Shown one piece after another: positions 19,138 to 29,743 of a stretch of DNA of 64,000 nt. Numbering within the stretch: position 1 is the first letter of the stretch; each line of letters starts with the position of its first letter. The position numbers were made by a program, and so were the translations under genes. The DNA comes from an uncultured archaeon (GTDB taxonomy: Archaea > Aenigmatarchaeota > Aenigmatarchaeia > QMZP01), in NCBI GenBank assembly GCA_964498245.1, contig CAZCGK010000002.1, positions 6,133 to 70,132 on the forward strand, read 5' to 3'. Below the pieces are notes generated by a model. It was given only the letters and a program-made list of their open reading frames with translations. It searched no databases and was not told the origin of the DNA.

Positions 19138-20511
19138 ATGTCAGAAAGTTCCTCCGGCTTCTGTTTATTCCAAAAATCAAAAATCTCTGTTTTACTTTTG
19201 ATACTGATTTTGTTGATATTTATCATTTTTTTTCACCAATTCACGGGTTTTGTGACAAATGTTATTAGATTTGCTATTGAAATATTCCCTTTGACAAAGG
19301 CTTGCATGTGTTTCACATCATATCCTGATGTAGTTGTGCAGGGCACGCAGAGTTATTTCACTGTGAACACCGAAAATTGTGGTAATAGAAATTTATCTGG
19401 AAGGGTTGTTTTCAGCATAATAAATTCATCCAACAATACTGTGCATCAAGAAGTTTCAGATCCATTTTCCCTTTCTGTTTCCGAAGCCAAGAGGATTACC
19501 TTTGGATGGACAGCTGATGTTCCTACTGGTAGTTACAGTGCACATGCAAAATATGTTGTTAACGGAACCGTCTTATCAGAGATACAATACAATTTTGAGG
19601 TTGTTCTGATAATCTGCATTCCAGGTGAAACAAAATGTTTCGATAATGAGGTAAGAGTGTGTTCCTATGATGGAACCAGATGGTTATTTTTAGAATACTG
19701 TGAATATGGATGTAGCAATGGTGCTTGTATTCAACCTCCACCAGCCCCACAACCTGGAATACAGGTGTCCAAACCTGTAGCAAATATTTATGTTGAATAT
19801 CCTGACACTGTTGAAATACCCCAGGGAGTGAACTATACAATCCCGCTGAAAGTCGTAAACATCGGTGATGTTATCCTGCATAATCTTAACCTCTCGGTAA
19901 AGCACTCAGGAAACATGTCGGTTTCAATAACATCTTCGTTCGTACCAGTTCTTGATATCAACTCCTCTGTGATTTTTTCTATTGAAGTCAGTGTGCCATA
20001 TAATATGCCGATTGGAGAGTACTGGATTGACTGGGAAATATCCGCAGAAGAGATATCCAAGAAAGGTAGAATAATCGCAAATATAACTGTAACATCCTTG
20101 AAAGCGAAATGCGAAGAGCTCATATCTCATTATTCCTGGCTTTTGGATTATATGGAAAAGGAGATAAAGATTGCAGAGTTTGAAGGGGCAGACGTAACAA
20201 AACTGAAAAAACTGATTGATGAAGCGAGGGATGATTTCGACATAGCAAAGAAATTCTACTCCTTTGGCATGTATTTAGAATCTCTCGAGAAACTGGAGTC
20301 CGTCAGAAAAAAGATAGAGTATATTGTTATTGAATTAAAGAAAGCCAAAATAGAAGCAATTCCGTTAAAAAAAGAGATTGAGATGCGGCTTCCACTGATA
20401 TCTCTTTATATACTTATAGCATCAGTTTTTGTATGTGCAGCAGTGTTCATAACAGTAAAGAAGTTAAGAGAAAGGAAAAGGCGTACTGAGTTAATCCTTC
20501 CGAAGGTTTAG
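19138..20511 (+). CDS. membrane protein with an extracellular domain and a C-terminal TM helix, hypothetical
   Basis: It has an N-terminal TM helix, a C-terminal TM helix plus basic tail, and an internal coiled-coil segment. Confidence 0.45.
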   Translation: MSESSSGFCLFQKSKISVLLLILILLIFIIFFHQFTGFVTNVIRFAIEIFPLTKACMCFTSYPDVVVQGTQSYFTVNTENCGNRNLSGRVVFSIINSSNNTVHQEVSDPFSLSVSEAKRITFGWTADVPTGSYSAHAKYVVNGTVLSEIQYNFEVVLIICIPGETKCFDNEVRVCSYDGTRWLFLEYCEYGCSNGACIQPPPAPQPGIQVSKPVANIYVEYPDTVEIPQGVNYTIPLKVVNIGDVILHNLNLSVKHSGNMSVSITSSFVPVLDINSSVIFSIEVSVPYNMPIGEYWIDWEISAEEISKKGRIIANITVTSLKAKCEELISHYSWLLDYMEKEIKIAEFEGADVTKLKKLIDEARDDFDIAKKFYSFGMYLESLEKLESVRKKIEYIVIELKKAKIEAIPLKKEIEMRLPLISLYILIASVFVCAAVFITVKKLRERKRRTELILPKV

Positions 20512-20513
20512 TA

Positions 20514-21344
20514 TTATTTATTTTTTCCAGCATACCAGAGAGCTGCTGAAATAACAGCGGTTATTATAAGAATTATTATTGAGGATGAATACGGACCATT
20601 AATTATATTACTGACCGCACCTATCATTCCTGTGATGGTGTTTTCTGGGTTCTCTATATCAATCGGTTCTCTTCTGTCTGATTGCTCCTCTCTGTCCCTC
20701 CTGACCGGTTTATTCTTCACACTTCTCTCAATTTCTGATGATGTATTATCATTCAAGCCAACTGAAAAATTCTCTGCATTTATATAAGTATTGCTTTTTT
20801 CTGCATTTTCCTGATAAATTCCTGTAATATTCTGGTCTCCCATTACATTAACTTCAAATTTAAAGCTTCTTAACTGAGAGGTTGTCAGTATGTTTTCAGG
20901 ACCCTTTACCACTGCAGATAATCTTATATAATACTTCCCTGGTTCTATGTTTTGCGGTGTTTTGACCATAACCCTGACCACTCTTGCTTTGATATCACCA
21001 TGACCCGTTCCGAGAAACTCGTATCCTTCCTCCAGTTCTGAACTTCCAGGCTCTGAATAAGGGAGATAGAAGTTTTTTGGGGTTATTGTTATGTTAAACC
21101 CCTTTGGCAACTCTGTAACATTCATGCTGACATATATTCCAGGTTTTTCATGAATGTTGAAAAGGAGTATTTTGAAGCTTGTTACATCCCCTGGCAGAAT
21201 ATCTATAGATTTCTTTCCATAAGCACTACCAAGAGGTATCACTGCATGGATATTCTGTATTGATAGAATCAAGAAGAATACTAACATTACCAAAAATATC
21301 ACTGCATATCTTCCGTTTAAGTTCACTTTATGGTTCTTCACCAC
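20514..21344 (-). CDS. secreted protein with a C-terminal membrane anchor, hypothetical
   Basis: It has a signal peptide and a C-terminal TM helix. Confidence 0.45.
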   Translation of the reverse strand: MVKNHKVNLNGRYAVIFLVMLVFFLILSIQNIHAVIPLGSAYGKKSIDILPGDVTSFKILLFNIHEKPGIYVSMNVTELPKGFNITITPKNFYLPYSEPGSSELEEGYEFLGTGHGDIKARVVRVMVKTPQNIEPGKYYIRLSAVVKGPENILTTSQLRSFKFEVNVMGDQNITGIYQENAEKSNTYINAENFSVGLNDNTSSEIERSVKNKPVRRDREEQSDRREPIDIENPENTITGMIGAVSNIINGPYSSSIIILIITAVISAALWYAGKNK

Positions 21345-24300
21345 TTTCCACCCCTTCTATATATAGAGTTCCGGTATAGTTATCCGCAGTTATTCCGAAC
21401 GGAATATCTATCCAGTAGTACATGGTTACATTTGTGGATGGCGAAACGGCCTCTTTGAGCAGATTCCAGGAATAACCCAGTCTGTAACCACTGCTGTATT
21501 CATTCGTTGCATTATTCCATGTTATGTTTCCAACCTGAATATAATAATTATCGTTTAATGATCTGTTCAGGTCTGTTCCCTTTATATAAAGATCAACATT
21601 ACATGTTGTTACGGACTCCACTGTAATGTTGTAGTTGTCATTGACATTCCCAGGAGCTGAATTGTTGGTTGTTCCTGGTTGGAGGTTTCCAAAATCTATA
21701 CTATCCCACTGAAGGGTTATGTCAAGAATACAGGACACTATCTGAATGGTATTATTATCTGTGGTGTTATCATCCAGATATGACATGTTTGATTCAAGAA
21801 GCGCGCCGATTTTGTAGCTCGATCCTATGGTGCCTGTAGCATTCACATTCCATACCAGTTCACAGTATTCATCCTTGTCCAAAGGATTTCCGGAGCAGTT
21901 CTGGGGATTGGGATTGTCCGTAATGTAAAAAGGAGTGTCACCTTCAGTTGTGCTTATATCCGTGTCAGGATTACTTGATGTGGAGTTGTATCTGATTCTG
22001 CCTGTTACATTTCCGCAGTAACCCTTTCTACAGTAGACAGTCACGTTTACCAAGAATGTTGTGTTCTGTGCAACATTTTTCTGATCTACAGGCTCCACAA
22101 GCATGACCTCGAGATAGCCCTGTTTTATTGTTATAGAATCATTTGCGCTGAGGGGCTCATAATCCTGTACAGATCCGTTGCAGGTAACATTCCAGGAATA
22201 GAAACCACCCAGGGAGAAAGACCTGTTGTATTCATAAAGAAGGCTGGAGGAATTGAATGTCATGTTGAAGGGACCGTATGGACTTACATTGAAGGATATC
22301 TCACAGTAAACCCCTGATCCATTGATAGGCTCTCCGGAGGTCAGGTTGGTGTAGTTCGCAAAGAATGTAACATTCTCGTTCACATAAACCGTCCTGGATC
22401 CACCTTCAGGATCTGTTTGATCCCATATACTCAGATTGGAATTTGCTGAGGAGGAATAATTGGTGAAATGGGTTACGTTGAATGAAAGGGTTCCAGAGGA
22501 ATAGCTTGTTATAACGCAGTCAGGAGGATTGCATATTTTCCCATCCCTTAATATTACAGGGGTGTGGAGATAGCTTAAACCATAAAATGTGATGTTTGCA
22601 GAGGTATTGAATGTGTCATTCAGGTTTGCAGAATCCACATCCACGAAATTATATCCGAAGGTTATGTAGGTATCAAAATCCGCCCAGCTTGCATTCACGC
22701 AACCGTACCACACAATCCTGAACACGCCCACCTTTCCTAACAAGGGCTGGCACACATTGGTTATATCCTCCACACTCTCAAAGTCTGTGGTTTCAGGATC
22801 ATCGAAGTTTGCATAGGATGGGGAGGGGAATCTTATTGAGAGGCTTCTCTTTTCAGATTCCTTTTCGTTTGCACCATCAGAGCATGTTATCCACCACTCG
22901 TAATCCCCATCAGCAAGAGTTTCATTCACCTGAATGGTTGTTGAGCTATCATTCAGAGCATTCACCGTTCCATAGGGTTTAGGTATTCCGGTTCCTGTAT
23001 CCGTTCTGTTGAGGAAAATCTCGCAGCTCAGGGTTGATGCCCTGTCATCACTGGTATTAAATATGAACTTTGGCACTCTTGTAGTTGTATTTATTGTATT
23101 GTTTGGAGGATATTCAAGATTTACACTTGGCGAGGTCGAATCAATTATAAGGGTTCTGTTTGTATCAGACCAGTCCTCATTCCCTGATGTATCATTGCAG
23201 TACACTCCCCATTTCCATTCTCCTTCAGGAATGCCACTAACGGTTACATACCATACTGTATTGTTTATCGGGCTTGAATTGGTCTGGTTTGCTGACCACA
23301 CACCAGACCAGTCTGACCAGAGCTGGAGATAATCGGGCTGAACATCATCCCAGCACTTTAGTTCGAATGTAATTGTGGACGAAGAGGAGATGTAGTTATC
23401 AGGCGGGTTCGTTCCGAACTTTGCCACAGGTGGGCTGGCATCGGATAGATATGCAAATATTACATCTATGTATGGAGGGAGGTTACTTTCGTTGCTGAAC
23501 GATACGGTTACGTTATGGTTGTGATACTCGTCTGCTACGCTTACCTGCTGTCCTATCGACCTTCCCCTGTCCCAGCTATCAGATGCCCAACTTACTGATA
23601 TGACAAGGTTGTCATGTGTGTGATTTTCCGATCCTCCGGTTGCTCCGTATGCTGTTGAACCAACTATGAACCTCTTGTAGAAATCCCCTCCAGGATTGGA
23701 CATCACTATCCAGTTGGAGGGTGGTGTGCCATCGAACATTCCTATCAGGCCTGTAGGTATTTCTGTATCAGATTCTGCCTTCGCAAGGGTGACATTTATA
23801 AACGGAGGTCTGTGATCTGCTGTGCTTGTTGGTCCTCCAGAACCTGTGTGGGTATGATCACTGATTGCTGCATCTGTCGAATATACCTCAGTACCCACTG
23901 TCCCTTTCGCTATGCTGAGCGTTATCTTCACTGTAGAATGGTAGTGTGTATTATTACCTCCTGTGGATATGCTCGCGTTGCCCATGACAAAATATCCATC
24001 CTGTGCTATGTATAAACTCCAGCCAGGGGGAATGCTCTCATTGAATATTGCTATGGCCCCTGCAGGTATGGTTGTCGGGATTCCGCTGTCATACACTATC
24101 ACCTTCAGGCTTCTGTAAGAGGGCAGGGATGTTGCGTTTGAAACCGAATAGGAACTTATGCCTCCATGGGTGTGGTTTGCGCTTGATGGGTGAGACTCAG
24201 TACCTTCCCTTGCTGATAACGTATCCACACATGCAGTTTCGTTTACGTAAATCACGGCATGTGTGTGTGTCTCAGAACCACCTGTTGCTCCATATTTCTC

Positions 24301-26451
24301 ATTACCTCTGGGAAACCTTTCGTAGAATGGGTCTCCTGGAGAGCAGGATATGCATGTCCAGCCCTCTGGTGCATCAACAGTTTCGTTATCCCAGAATAAT
24401 ATTAAATGTGTTGGAAGGATTATCCTTCTGATCTCTGATTGGTTTTGCTTTGCATAGGCATTGGCACAGCTTATCCACCAATCGTAACTACCCTTTAGAA
24501 GACTTGAGTTGGCTGTAAGGGTTGTGAGGGTGTTATTAAGCACTGAAGTATTTTCATCATAGGGCTGAGGTGTTCCTGAGCCTGTATCTGTTCTGTTTAT
24601 CCAGAGTGTGCAGGAAAAGGTTGTGGAGTAGACATCGTATACTGTGAAGGTAAAGCTGGGTGTTGTGGTGGTGATTTCTGCATTGTCTTCTGGGGAGTGC
24701 AGTTCTATGTGGATTGGTGTGGGTGAAAGAGGAAGGTAATCCTTTGCCCAGGAATAATCAGCAGAGATATTGTATTCTGAGTCGCAGATGCCGTTGCCAT
24801 CCTGGTCTTGGCATGTATCAGAGAAGTTTCCATCCGGATCTGTCCAGTAGTTTCCTCCTATGCAGGGACCTCCTATTATGTTGGTTTGACCTGAGCAGTT
24901 AAGGCTGGTGTTGAAAAAGTTCGGGTTATCTATGTGGTCACCTATCTCTATGTTTTGCGTGTTGTTGAAAAAGTTATTATAGATGCAATTGTATTCTGGG
25001 TCCCAGTTTACATCACCACTTGCAGCCTTAAGACCTATACCTTCAGCATTGTTTGTTATAATGGAAGAGGTTATGTTATTGTAGTCAGAATCCCCATAAA
25101 GGAGGATTCCTTCATCATAGTTATAATTTGCTGTGATATTGGTGAGACTGTTATTGTTACTCTGGCATATGTAGATTCCACGATCGTTGTAATTTACTGT
25201 GATGTTAGTAAGAATATTGGAGGAAGAAGAGTCGAGGCAGATTCCACGATAGTTGTAACTTGAATTGATTTGGGAGAGAGTTGTGTTTTCTGTTCTCAGA
25301 AGGTAGAGCATGTTATTTTTCTTTGTTGGAGAACCGAGGATTGTTATGTTTGTTAGGTTGGAATTGTCTGCGTTGCAGAGGATAAGTTCTGAGAGGGTTT
25401 TATCCTGAAGGTTTACGGAGTAGTTGTAGTATTCTATGGGTCTTCCTCCTGAGCCTGTGATGTTCTGGAGGAGGTTGTTGCAGTGGGAGTCTTCAGAGGT
25501 AGATATAGCGAAATCATATACATCATTTTCCTGCAGGGTTATGTTGTGAAGGGTGTTAAAGGAGGAGGAATAGAGGTAGATTCCATCCTCGCTATTGTAA
25601 TTTGCTGTGATGTTGGTGAGGATGCTATTGTTGCTGGAATATAGGTAGATTCCGTGATAATTGTAATTTGCTGTGATGTTGGTGAGGGTGTTGGAGGATG
25701 ATGAATCAAGATATATTCCATTCCAGAAATAACTTATGTTCCCGCAGTTTTTGATTGTATTATTATCCGAAGAATCATTGAGCCAGATTCCGTAGCCGTA
25801 AGAGTCTCCGTCTCCTGAGATTGTGTGGCCTGCGCAGTCAAAGGTTAGATTGTCTGCTCCTCCGAATTTTATGCAGGATTCTCCGGAGTCTGTGTTATCA
25901 TTTGCGCCTGCATAATTGGTTATGTCTGCTGTAAGCTTTAGAATGTCTCCTGAAATCATGGTTCCGTTCTGGAGGTAGGAAGAGCATTCTTCGCAGGAGG
26001 AGCATGTGTAGACAGCGAAGTTTTCTGTATATTCTATATCCTCACCAAAGCGGAATTCCAATTTATGCATCTGGGATGTGAGAACCCTGAATGTTGCATA
26101 TCCAGTTTTACTGCATGCATAATCCCTCACAAGAATCGAATCCGTTCCATTCAGCCATGTATAATTTAGCATGAGATTCCCGCACCTTATTTCCACAAAT
26201 CTCAAATCATAACCAGAATCAGCATGATTGCTTAAAGTTGTACCCACAGGTGAGATTATGAGATCTGTTCGACCCTTCGTGATAAATGCCACAGTCCAGT
26301 TTCCACCCACAACAGGATAGCTCTGAGGATTCAGTATCTCTATCTCCGGCTGATGTAGAAGAGCCTTATCAGAAGAAATCTGAGACATTCCAAGAATCAC
26401 TATCAATGCTCCAAGCAAAGCCTTGTGAAAAAAACAGACATCCAAACTCAT
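21328..26451 (-). CDS. giant (1707 aa) secreted surface protein with right-handed parallel beta-helix (PbH1/NosD-like) repeats and duplicated His-rich modules
   Basis: It has a signal peptide and repeated NITANYNYxGIYL beta-helix repeats. Two copies of a YGATGGSE(T/N)HTH ... H(T/N)H module are present, and NxS/T sequons are very dense. Confidence 0.65.
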   Translation of the reverse strand: MSLDVCFFHKALLGALIVILGMSQISSDKALLHQPEIEILNPQSYPVVGGNWTVAFITKGRTDLIISPVGTTLSNHADSGYDLRFVEIRCGNLMLNYTWLNGTDSILVRDYACSKTGYATFRVLTSQMHKLEFRFGEDIEYTENFAVYTCSSCEECSSYLQNGTMISGDILKLTADITNYAGANDNTDSGESCIKFGGADNLTFDCAGHTISGDGDSYGYGIWLNDSSDNNTIKNCGNISYFWNGIYLDSSSSNTLTNITANYNYHGIYLYSSNNSILTNITANYNSEDGIYLYSSSFNTLHNITLQENDVYDFAISTSEDSHCNNLLQNITGSGGRPIEYYNYSVNLQDKTLSELILCNADNSNLTNITILGSPTKKNNMLYLLRTENTTLSQINSSYNYRGICLDSSSSNILTNITVNYNDRGIYICQSNNNSLTNITANYNYDEGILLYGDSDYNNITSSIITNNAEGIGLKAASGDVNWDPEYNCIYNNFFNNTQNIEIGDHIDNPNFFNTSLNCSGQTNIIGGPCIGGNYWTDPDGNFSDTCQDQDGNGICDSEYNISADYSWAKDYLPLSPTPIHIELHSPEDNAEITTTTPSFTFTVYDVYSTTFSCTLWINRTDTGSGTPQPYDENTSVLNNTLTTLTANSSLLKGSYDWWISCANAYAKQNQSEIRRIILPTHLILFWDNETVDAPEGWTCISCSPGDPFYERFPRGNEKYGATGGSETHTHAVIYVNETACVDTLSAREGTESHPSSANHTHGGISSYSVSNATSLPSYRSLKVIVYDSGIPTTIPAGAIAIFNESIPPGWSLYIAQDGYFVMGNASISTGGNNTHYHSTVKITLSIAKGTVGTEVYSTDAAISDHTHTGSGGPTSTADHRPPFINVTLAKAESDTEIPTGLIGMFDGTPPSNWIVMSNPGGDFYKRFIVGSTAYGATGGSENHTHDNLVISVSWASDSWDRGRSIGQQVSVADEYHNHNVTVSFSNESNLPPYIDVIFAYLSDASPPVAKFGTNPPDNYISSSSTITFELKCWDDVQPDYLQLWSDWSGVWSANQTNSSPINNTVWYVTVSGIPEGEWKWGVYCNDTSGNEDWSDTNRTLIIDSTSPSVNLEYPPNNTINTTTRVPKFIFNTSDDRASTLSCEIFLNRTDTGTGIPKPYGTVNALNDSSTTIQVNETLADGDYEWWITCSDGANEKESEKRSLSIRFPSPSYANFDDPETTDFESVEDITNVCQPLLGKVGVFRIVWYGCVNASWADFDTYITFGYNFVDVDSANLNDTFNTSANITFYGLSYLHTPVILRDGKICNPPDCVITSYSSGTLSFNVTHFTNYSSSANSNLSIWDQTDPEGGSRTVYVNENVTFFANYTNLTSGEPINGSGVYCEISFNVSPYGPFNMTFNSSSLLYEYNRSFSLGGFYSWNVTCNGSVQDYEPLSANDSITIKQGYLEVMLVEPVDQKNVAQNTTFLVNVTVYCRKGYCGNVTGRIRYNSTSSNPDTDISTTEGDTPFYITDNPNPQNCSGNPLDKDEYCELVWNVNATGTIGSSYKIGALLESNMSYLDDNTTDNNTIQIVSCILDITLQWDSIDFGNLQPGTTNNSAPGNVNDNYNITVESVTTCNVDLYIKGTDLNRSLNDNYYIQVGNITWNNATNEYSSGYRLGYSWNLLKEAVSPSTNVTMYYWIDIPFGITADNYTGTLYIEGVESGEEP

Positions 26452-26481
26452 ATTAGGAAATTACAAGGATGATTAATAAAA

Positions 26482-27228
26482 CTAAGCGATCCTGAAAAGC
26501 CTTCTTATTCTCAAAAATCTCGGTGGTTTGTATTCCTCCCCCACAAGCTCTGCAGCAATTTTCATGAATGCAAGGGAAGCAGGAGAATATTCGTCAAGTC
26601 CGACAATGGGTGTTCTCCTGAAAACACTCTTCTTTACGTTCCTATCTTCCGGTATTTTGCCAAGTATTTTTGACTCACATAACGATTCTATTTCTTCGGG
26701 CAGCAGTTCATACGAATCTGTGCAGCGATTAATGACTATGCTTATATTTCTCTTTCCTAATTTTCTGGCGAGTTTTATCACCTTCATGGCATCGGTGACA
26801 GCTGGAATTTCAGGATTCGTTACCACGATTACTTCTTCACATGCCTTCAAAATCTGGGAAACATTCCTTCCTATACCCGGAGGGGAATCTATCAGCACGA
26901 TATCATCGAGCTTCTGCACGGTATTTTTAAACCTGTTTTGATTATACGTCTGGATATAGTTCATTGAGAGATACGAAGGCAGAACCCTGAGTCCTGAAGG
27001 ATGAATGTATATTGCATCTTCTATATCAATATCACCTGAAAGGACATCCTGTAATGCAGAGGGAAACTGATACATGCCGAGCTGCAGTCCGAGATTTGAT
27101 GTTTCCATATCCGCATCAACCACCGTAACACTCTTCTTCATTATTGTAAGAGCCAGACCTACATTAGAAACAAAGGTTGTCTTTCCAGCACCACCCTTTC
27201 CTGAGACGACCCCAATCAACCGCTTCAT
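26482..27228 (-). CDS. MinD/ParA-family P-loop ATPase
   Basis: It has the deviant Walker A motif GKGGAGKTT. Confidence 0.8.
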   Translation of the reverse strand: MKRLIGVVSGKGGAGKTTFVSNVGLALTIMKKSVTVVDADMETSNLGLQLGMYQFPSALQDVLSGDIDIEDAIYIHPSGLRVLPSYLSMNYIQTYNQNRFKNTVQKLDDIVLIDSPPGIGRNVSQILKACEEVIVVTNPEIPAVTDAMKVIKLARKLGKRNISIVINRCTDSYELLPEEIESLCESKILGKIPEDRNVKKSVFRRTPIVGLDEYSPASLAFMKIAAELVGEEYKPPRFLRIRRLFRIA

Positions 27229-27269
27229 GATAAATCTATCTTACCCGGATATAAAAATCTTCTTTCAAA

Positions 27270-28049
27270 TCACCGGCGTTTTTTTACAATGCTTATTTTC
27301 TCAAGCCCTTCTTTTACATCCTTTTTCATTCTTTCAAATCTTTTTTCATACACAGAAACAAGGTCATTTATATAGCTTATCACATACTCCTTAAACTTTT
27401 TTATCTCTTCTCTATTTTCCTTTATTTTTTCTGATTGTTTGCTTATCGCATTTCTCAGCTTCTTTACAGTTTCCATTACATCAGCATCTCTCATTTTCTG
27501 GCTGTTAATATAGTTTTCAATGTTTTTTACTTTTCCCTTGACTACCGCATCAAAGGCTCTCTCATGTGATTTGATCACACTGTCCACATAGGACTCCATG
27601 TTTTGCTTGAATCTTTTTATATCCGTCCTGCTTTCTATCATGTCAACATCCCTTTTTAATCTCTCAACAACCATTCCCAGGTCTCTGAGCTGAAATTCTA
27701 CCAATTTTTTCAATTCCTGTATATTGTTTTTATTAGTTTTCAGATTCTTTGATATATTTTGGATATCAAGAATGAGTTCATGCATTTTTTCTTCAAGAGT
27801 GTTGAGTCTATCAGAGTCGGTTAAAGTCCTCTTATTTATATCCTCCACACTCTCTCTGAGATTTTTCAAGGAGGATTCAATGGCATTTATTTTGCTGGTA
27901 TTTCTCTCTATGGAATCAGAAAACCTGCGAACAAGATTTTCATAACGTCTTCTCCACTCCTCCCTTTCTTTTTTCAGCAGGATTATTCTTTCCCTCATAC
28001 CCTTTAAATTCATATTATCACAATCTCCTTTATTCCAGAAACAATCCAC
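27270..28049 (-). CDS. coiled-coil protein, hypothetical
   Basis: It is highly charged with heptad-like composition and has no enzymatic motifs. Confidence 0.45.
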   Translation of the reverse strand: MDCFWNKGDCDNMNLKGMRERIILLKKEREEWRRRYENLVRRFSDSIERNTSKINAIESSLKNLRESVEDINKRTLTDSDRLNTLEEKMHELILDIQNISKNLKTNKNNIQELKKLVEFQLRDLGMVVERLKRDVDMIESRTDIKRFKQNMESYVDSVIKSHERAFDAVVKGKVKNIENYINSQKMRDADVMETVKKLRNAISKQSEKIKENREEIKKFKEYVISYINDLVSVYEKRFERMKKDVKEGLEKISIVKKRR

Positions 28050-28109
28050 ATTATCCTTCTCAATCTCTCACCGAGCGAATCAGAGGTACATAATTATTGT
28101 TATCGGGAT

Positions 28110-28316
28110 TTATAAATTCTGTTTTTGTTTTCTTTTTGCCTCACATATTCTGCACAATCCTGTTTCCACAGAAAAATCCTTTGCACAAACTATAGCACCA
28201 CACAGTCTGCATGTATATGCAGGCAGTGCAGGACCTCCACATATCGCACACAAGGCTCCTCTTTCCATAAGTAAAAGAATGGTGAGGGTATTTAAAAACT
28301 TACTTTTCATACCCAT
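28110..28316 (-). CDS. small zinc-ribbon protein (4-6 Cys)
   Basis: It has the CAICGG...CRLCG...CAK...CRIC Cys pairs. Confidence 0.35.
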   Translation of the reverse strand: MGMKSKFLNTLTILLLMERGALCAICGGPALPAYTCRLCGAIVCAKDFSVETGLCRICEAKRKQKQNL

Positions 28317-28627
28317 TTGGTGTTTGTAGCATCGAAGAGAACGGTTTTATAGGCTAGGAAAACATCGCAATTAAGAGAAGTTGAGGCAAACCATAAAAAT
28401 TCAATTTGAGAAATACCTAAAGGTACATAATTTTTTATAGAGCTAACTACAACGCATTTTATTAAAGAGATAGGCAAAAAGATTTCGCCAACAATAAATT
28501 TACAGAACCAGAAGAGATAGAATTAAGTAAGAGACTTGCCCGAGAAGGTTGTTTCTTCTCACCTATCGGAAAGCTTTCCTATCAGGGAAATAAATATCCA
28601 GAATATCCTCATTGGTTCGTCCTTATT

Positions 28628-29671
28628 TTAATGAATATAAAAAGTTGCATCTAGTAGAAATGGATCTGCTCTGAAGTAGAGGTTTTCCCTTCTCATAATA
28701 AAGGAATATTTCATGAGCCTTTCAAGTGCCTGTGTTAGAGTGTTGGGATTTATCTTCTTTCTCATATCCTTACTCACGTAATAATAGAGCTGAGACCATG
28801 TAACGTGATTGGAGTTTCTGATGATTGTAATGTAGAGTTTTTTATTTCTAATCCTTTGGAGGAAACTCTGAAGCTCTGATGCAACGACTTTGGTCGCTAT
28901 TTTCTTGGTCTTCTCAAGCGCGTTACTGTTTTTAAGAACAGCCCTTTCGTATCCATAAAGAGTCAGCCATCCTATCAGTCCGTCCAACTCTTCCACTACA
29001 TGTCTTATCTCCTCCTCGGAAATCCTGAATTTGAGTTGTCGGAAACCCATGGATAGGTACTCTCTCGCCCTTTCCTTATCCAGCCTTTTCATTTCAATCT
29101 TCACTATGTGCCTTCCGAAAAGTGGATGTGCTGCCGCATCCCTCTCGCCTAGGACATCCTCTATTACACCTACCTCGCTTCCAGAGATTATGAAACTCAC
29201 GTTCGGAATCCTGTCATAGAAATAGGAAATGACATCGGCCAACTGAAGGGGACCTATTCGCTGTGCTTCATCAATGAACACATGTATTCTTCCGGCCTTT
29301 CTTATCACTTCCTCCATCTTCAAGAAACTCTCATCAACCTTCCTTATTATTCTCATGCCCACATTTCCTACAGAAAGATCAACAGATTCTATTTTTCCAA
29401 ATATTTTTGATTTTTTCTCCTTAGCTATATCATATATTATGGAAAACAATTCCTTTTTTGGATCCGAGATGATTCTTCCATCAATCCAGACTTTCAGACC
29501 CGAAAGCTCGTGGTAAAGCACATTAAGAAGGCTTGTTTTTCCAACCCTTCTCACACCTATTAATGAGATTATTTTCTCTCCCCTCTTAAGGGCACTTTTT
29601 ATCTCTTCGTATTCTGTTCTGTAATTAAAAAAATCCTTAATCCGACTCTTGGGTTCTATATTGAAATACAT
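28628..29671 (-). CDS. archaeal ATPase (AAA-like, Arch_ATPase family)
   Basis: It has the Walker A motif GVRRVGKTSLL and the characteristic length of about 350 aa. Confidence 0.65.
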   Translation of the reverse strand: MYFNIEPKSRIKDFFNYRTEYEEIKSALKRGEKIISLIGVRRVGKTSLLNVLYHELSGLKVWIDGRIISDPKKELFSIIYDIAKEKKSKIFGKIESVDLSVGNVGMRIIRKVDESFLKMEEVIRKAGRIHVFIDEAQRIGPLQLADVISYFYDRIPNVSFIISGSEVGVIEDVLGERDAAAHPLFGRHIVKIEMKRLDKERAREYLSMGFRQLKFRISEEEIRHVVEELDGLIGWLTLYGYERAVLKNSNALEKTKKIATKVVASELQSFLQRIRNKKLYITIIRNSNHVTWSQLYYYVSKDMRKKINPNTLTQALERLMKYSFIMRRENLYFRADPFLLDATFYIH

Positions 29672-29743
29672 GATTATTCATTTATATCTGTTCTATAAAA
29701 ACTTAACTTAAATTGAAATTTTACTTAAGTTTACTTAACTTCG

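Noticed and set aside
23700-24300. His-rich HTH/HNH motifs in the giant protein considered as possible His-Xaa-Ser precursor-like repeats
   Set aside because: They are part of a 5-kb secreted structural protein rather than a small leader-plus-core peptide. They show no adjacency to a maturase.
21328-26451. Numerous internal and antisense ORFs (for example 23009-23332, 24048-24431, 24934-25263, 25539-25721) within the giant surface-protein gene
   Set aside because: They are embedded in or antisense to a single uninterrupted 1707-aa frame with consistent repeat architecture. Their compositions are non-protein-like.
28320-28627. 300-bp intergenic region upstream of the archaeal ATPase gene inspected for RNA genes or repeats
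   Set aside because: It is AT-rich with no convincing secondary structure, repeats or ORF. It is treated as an ordinary promoter or intergenic region.
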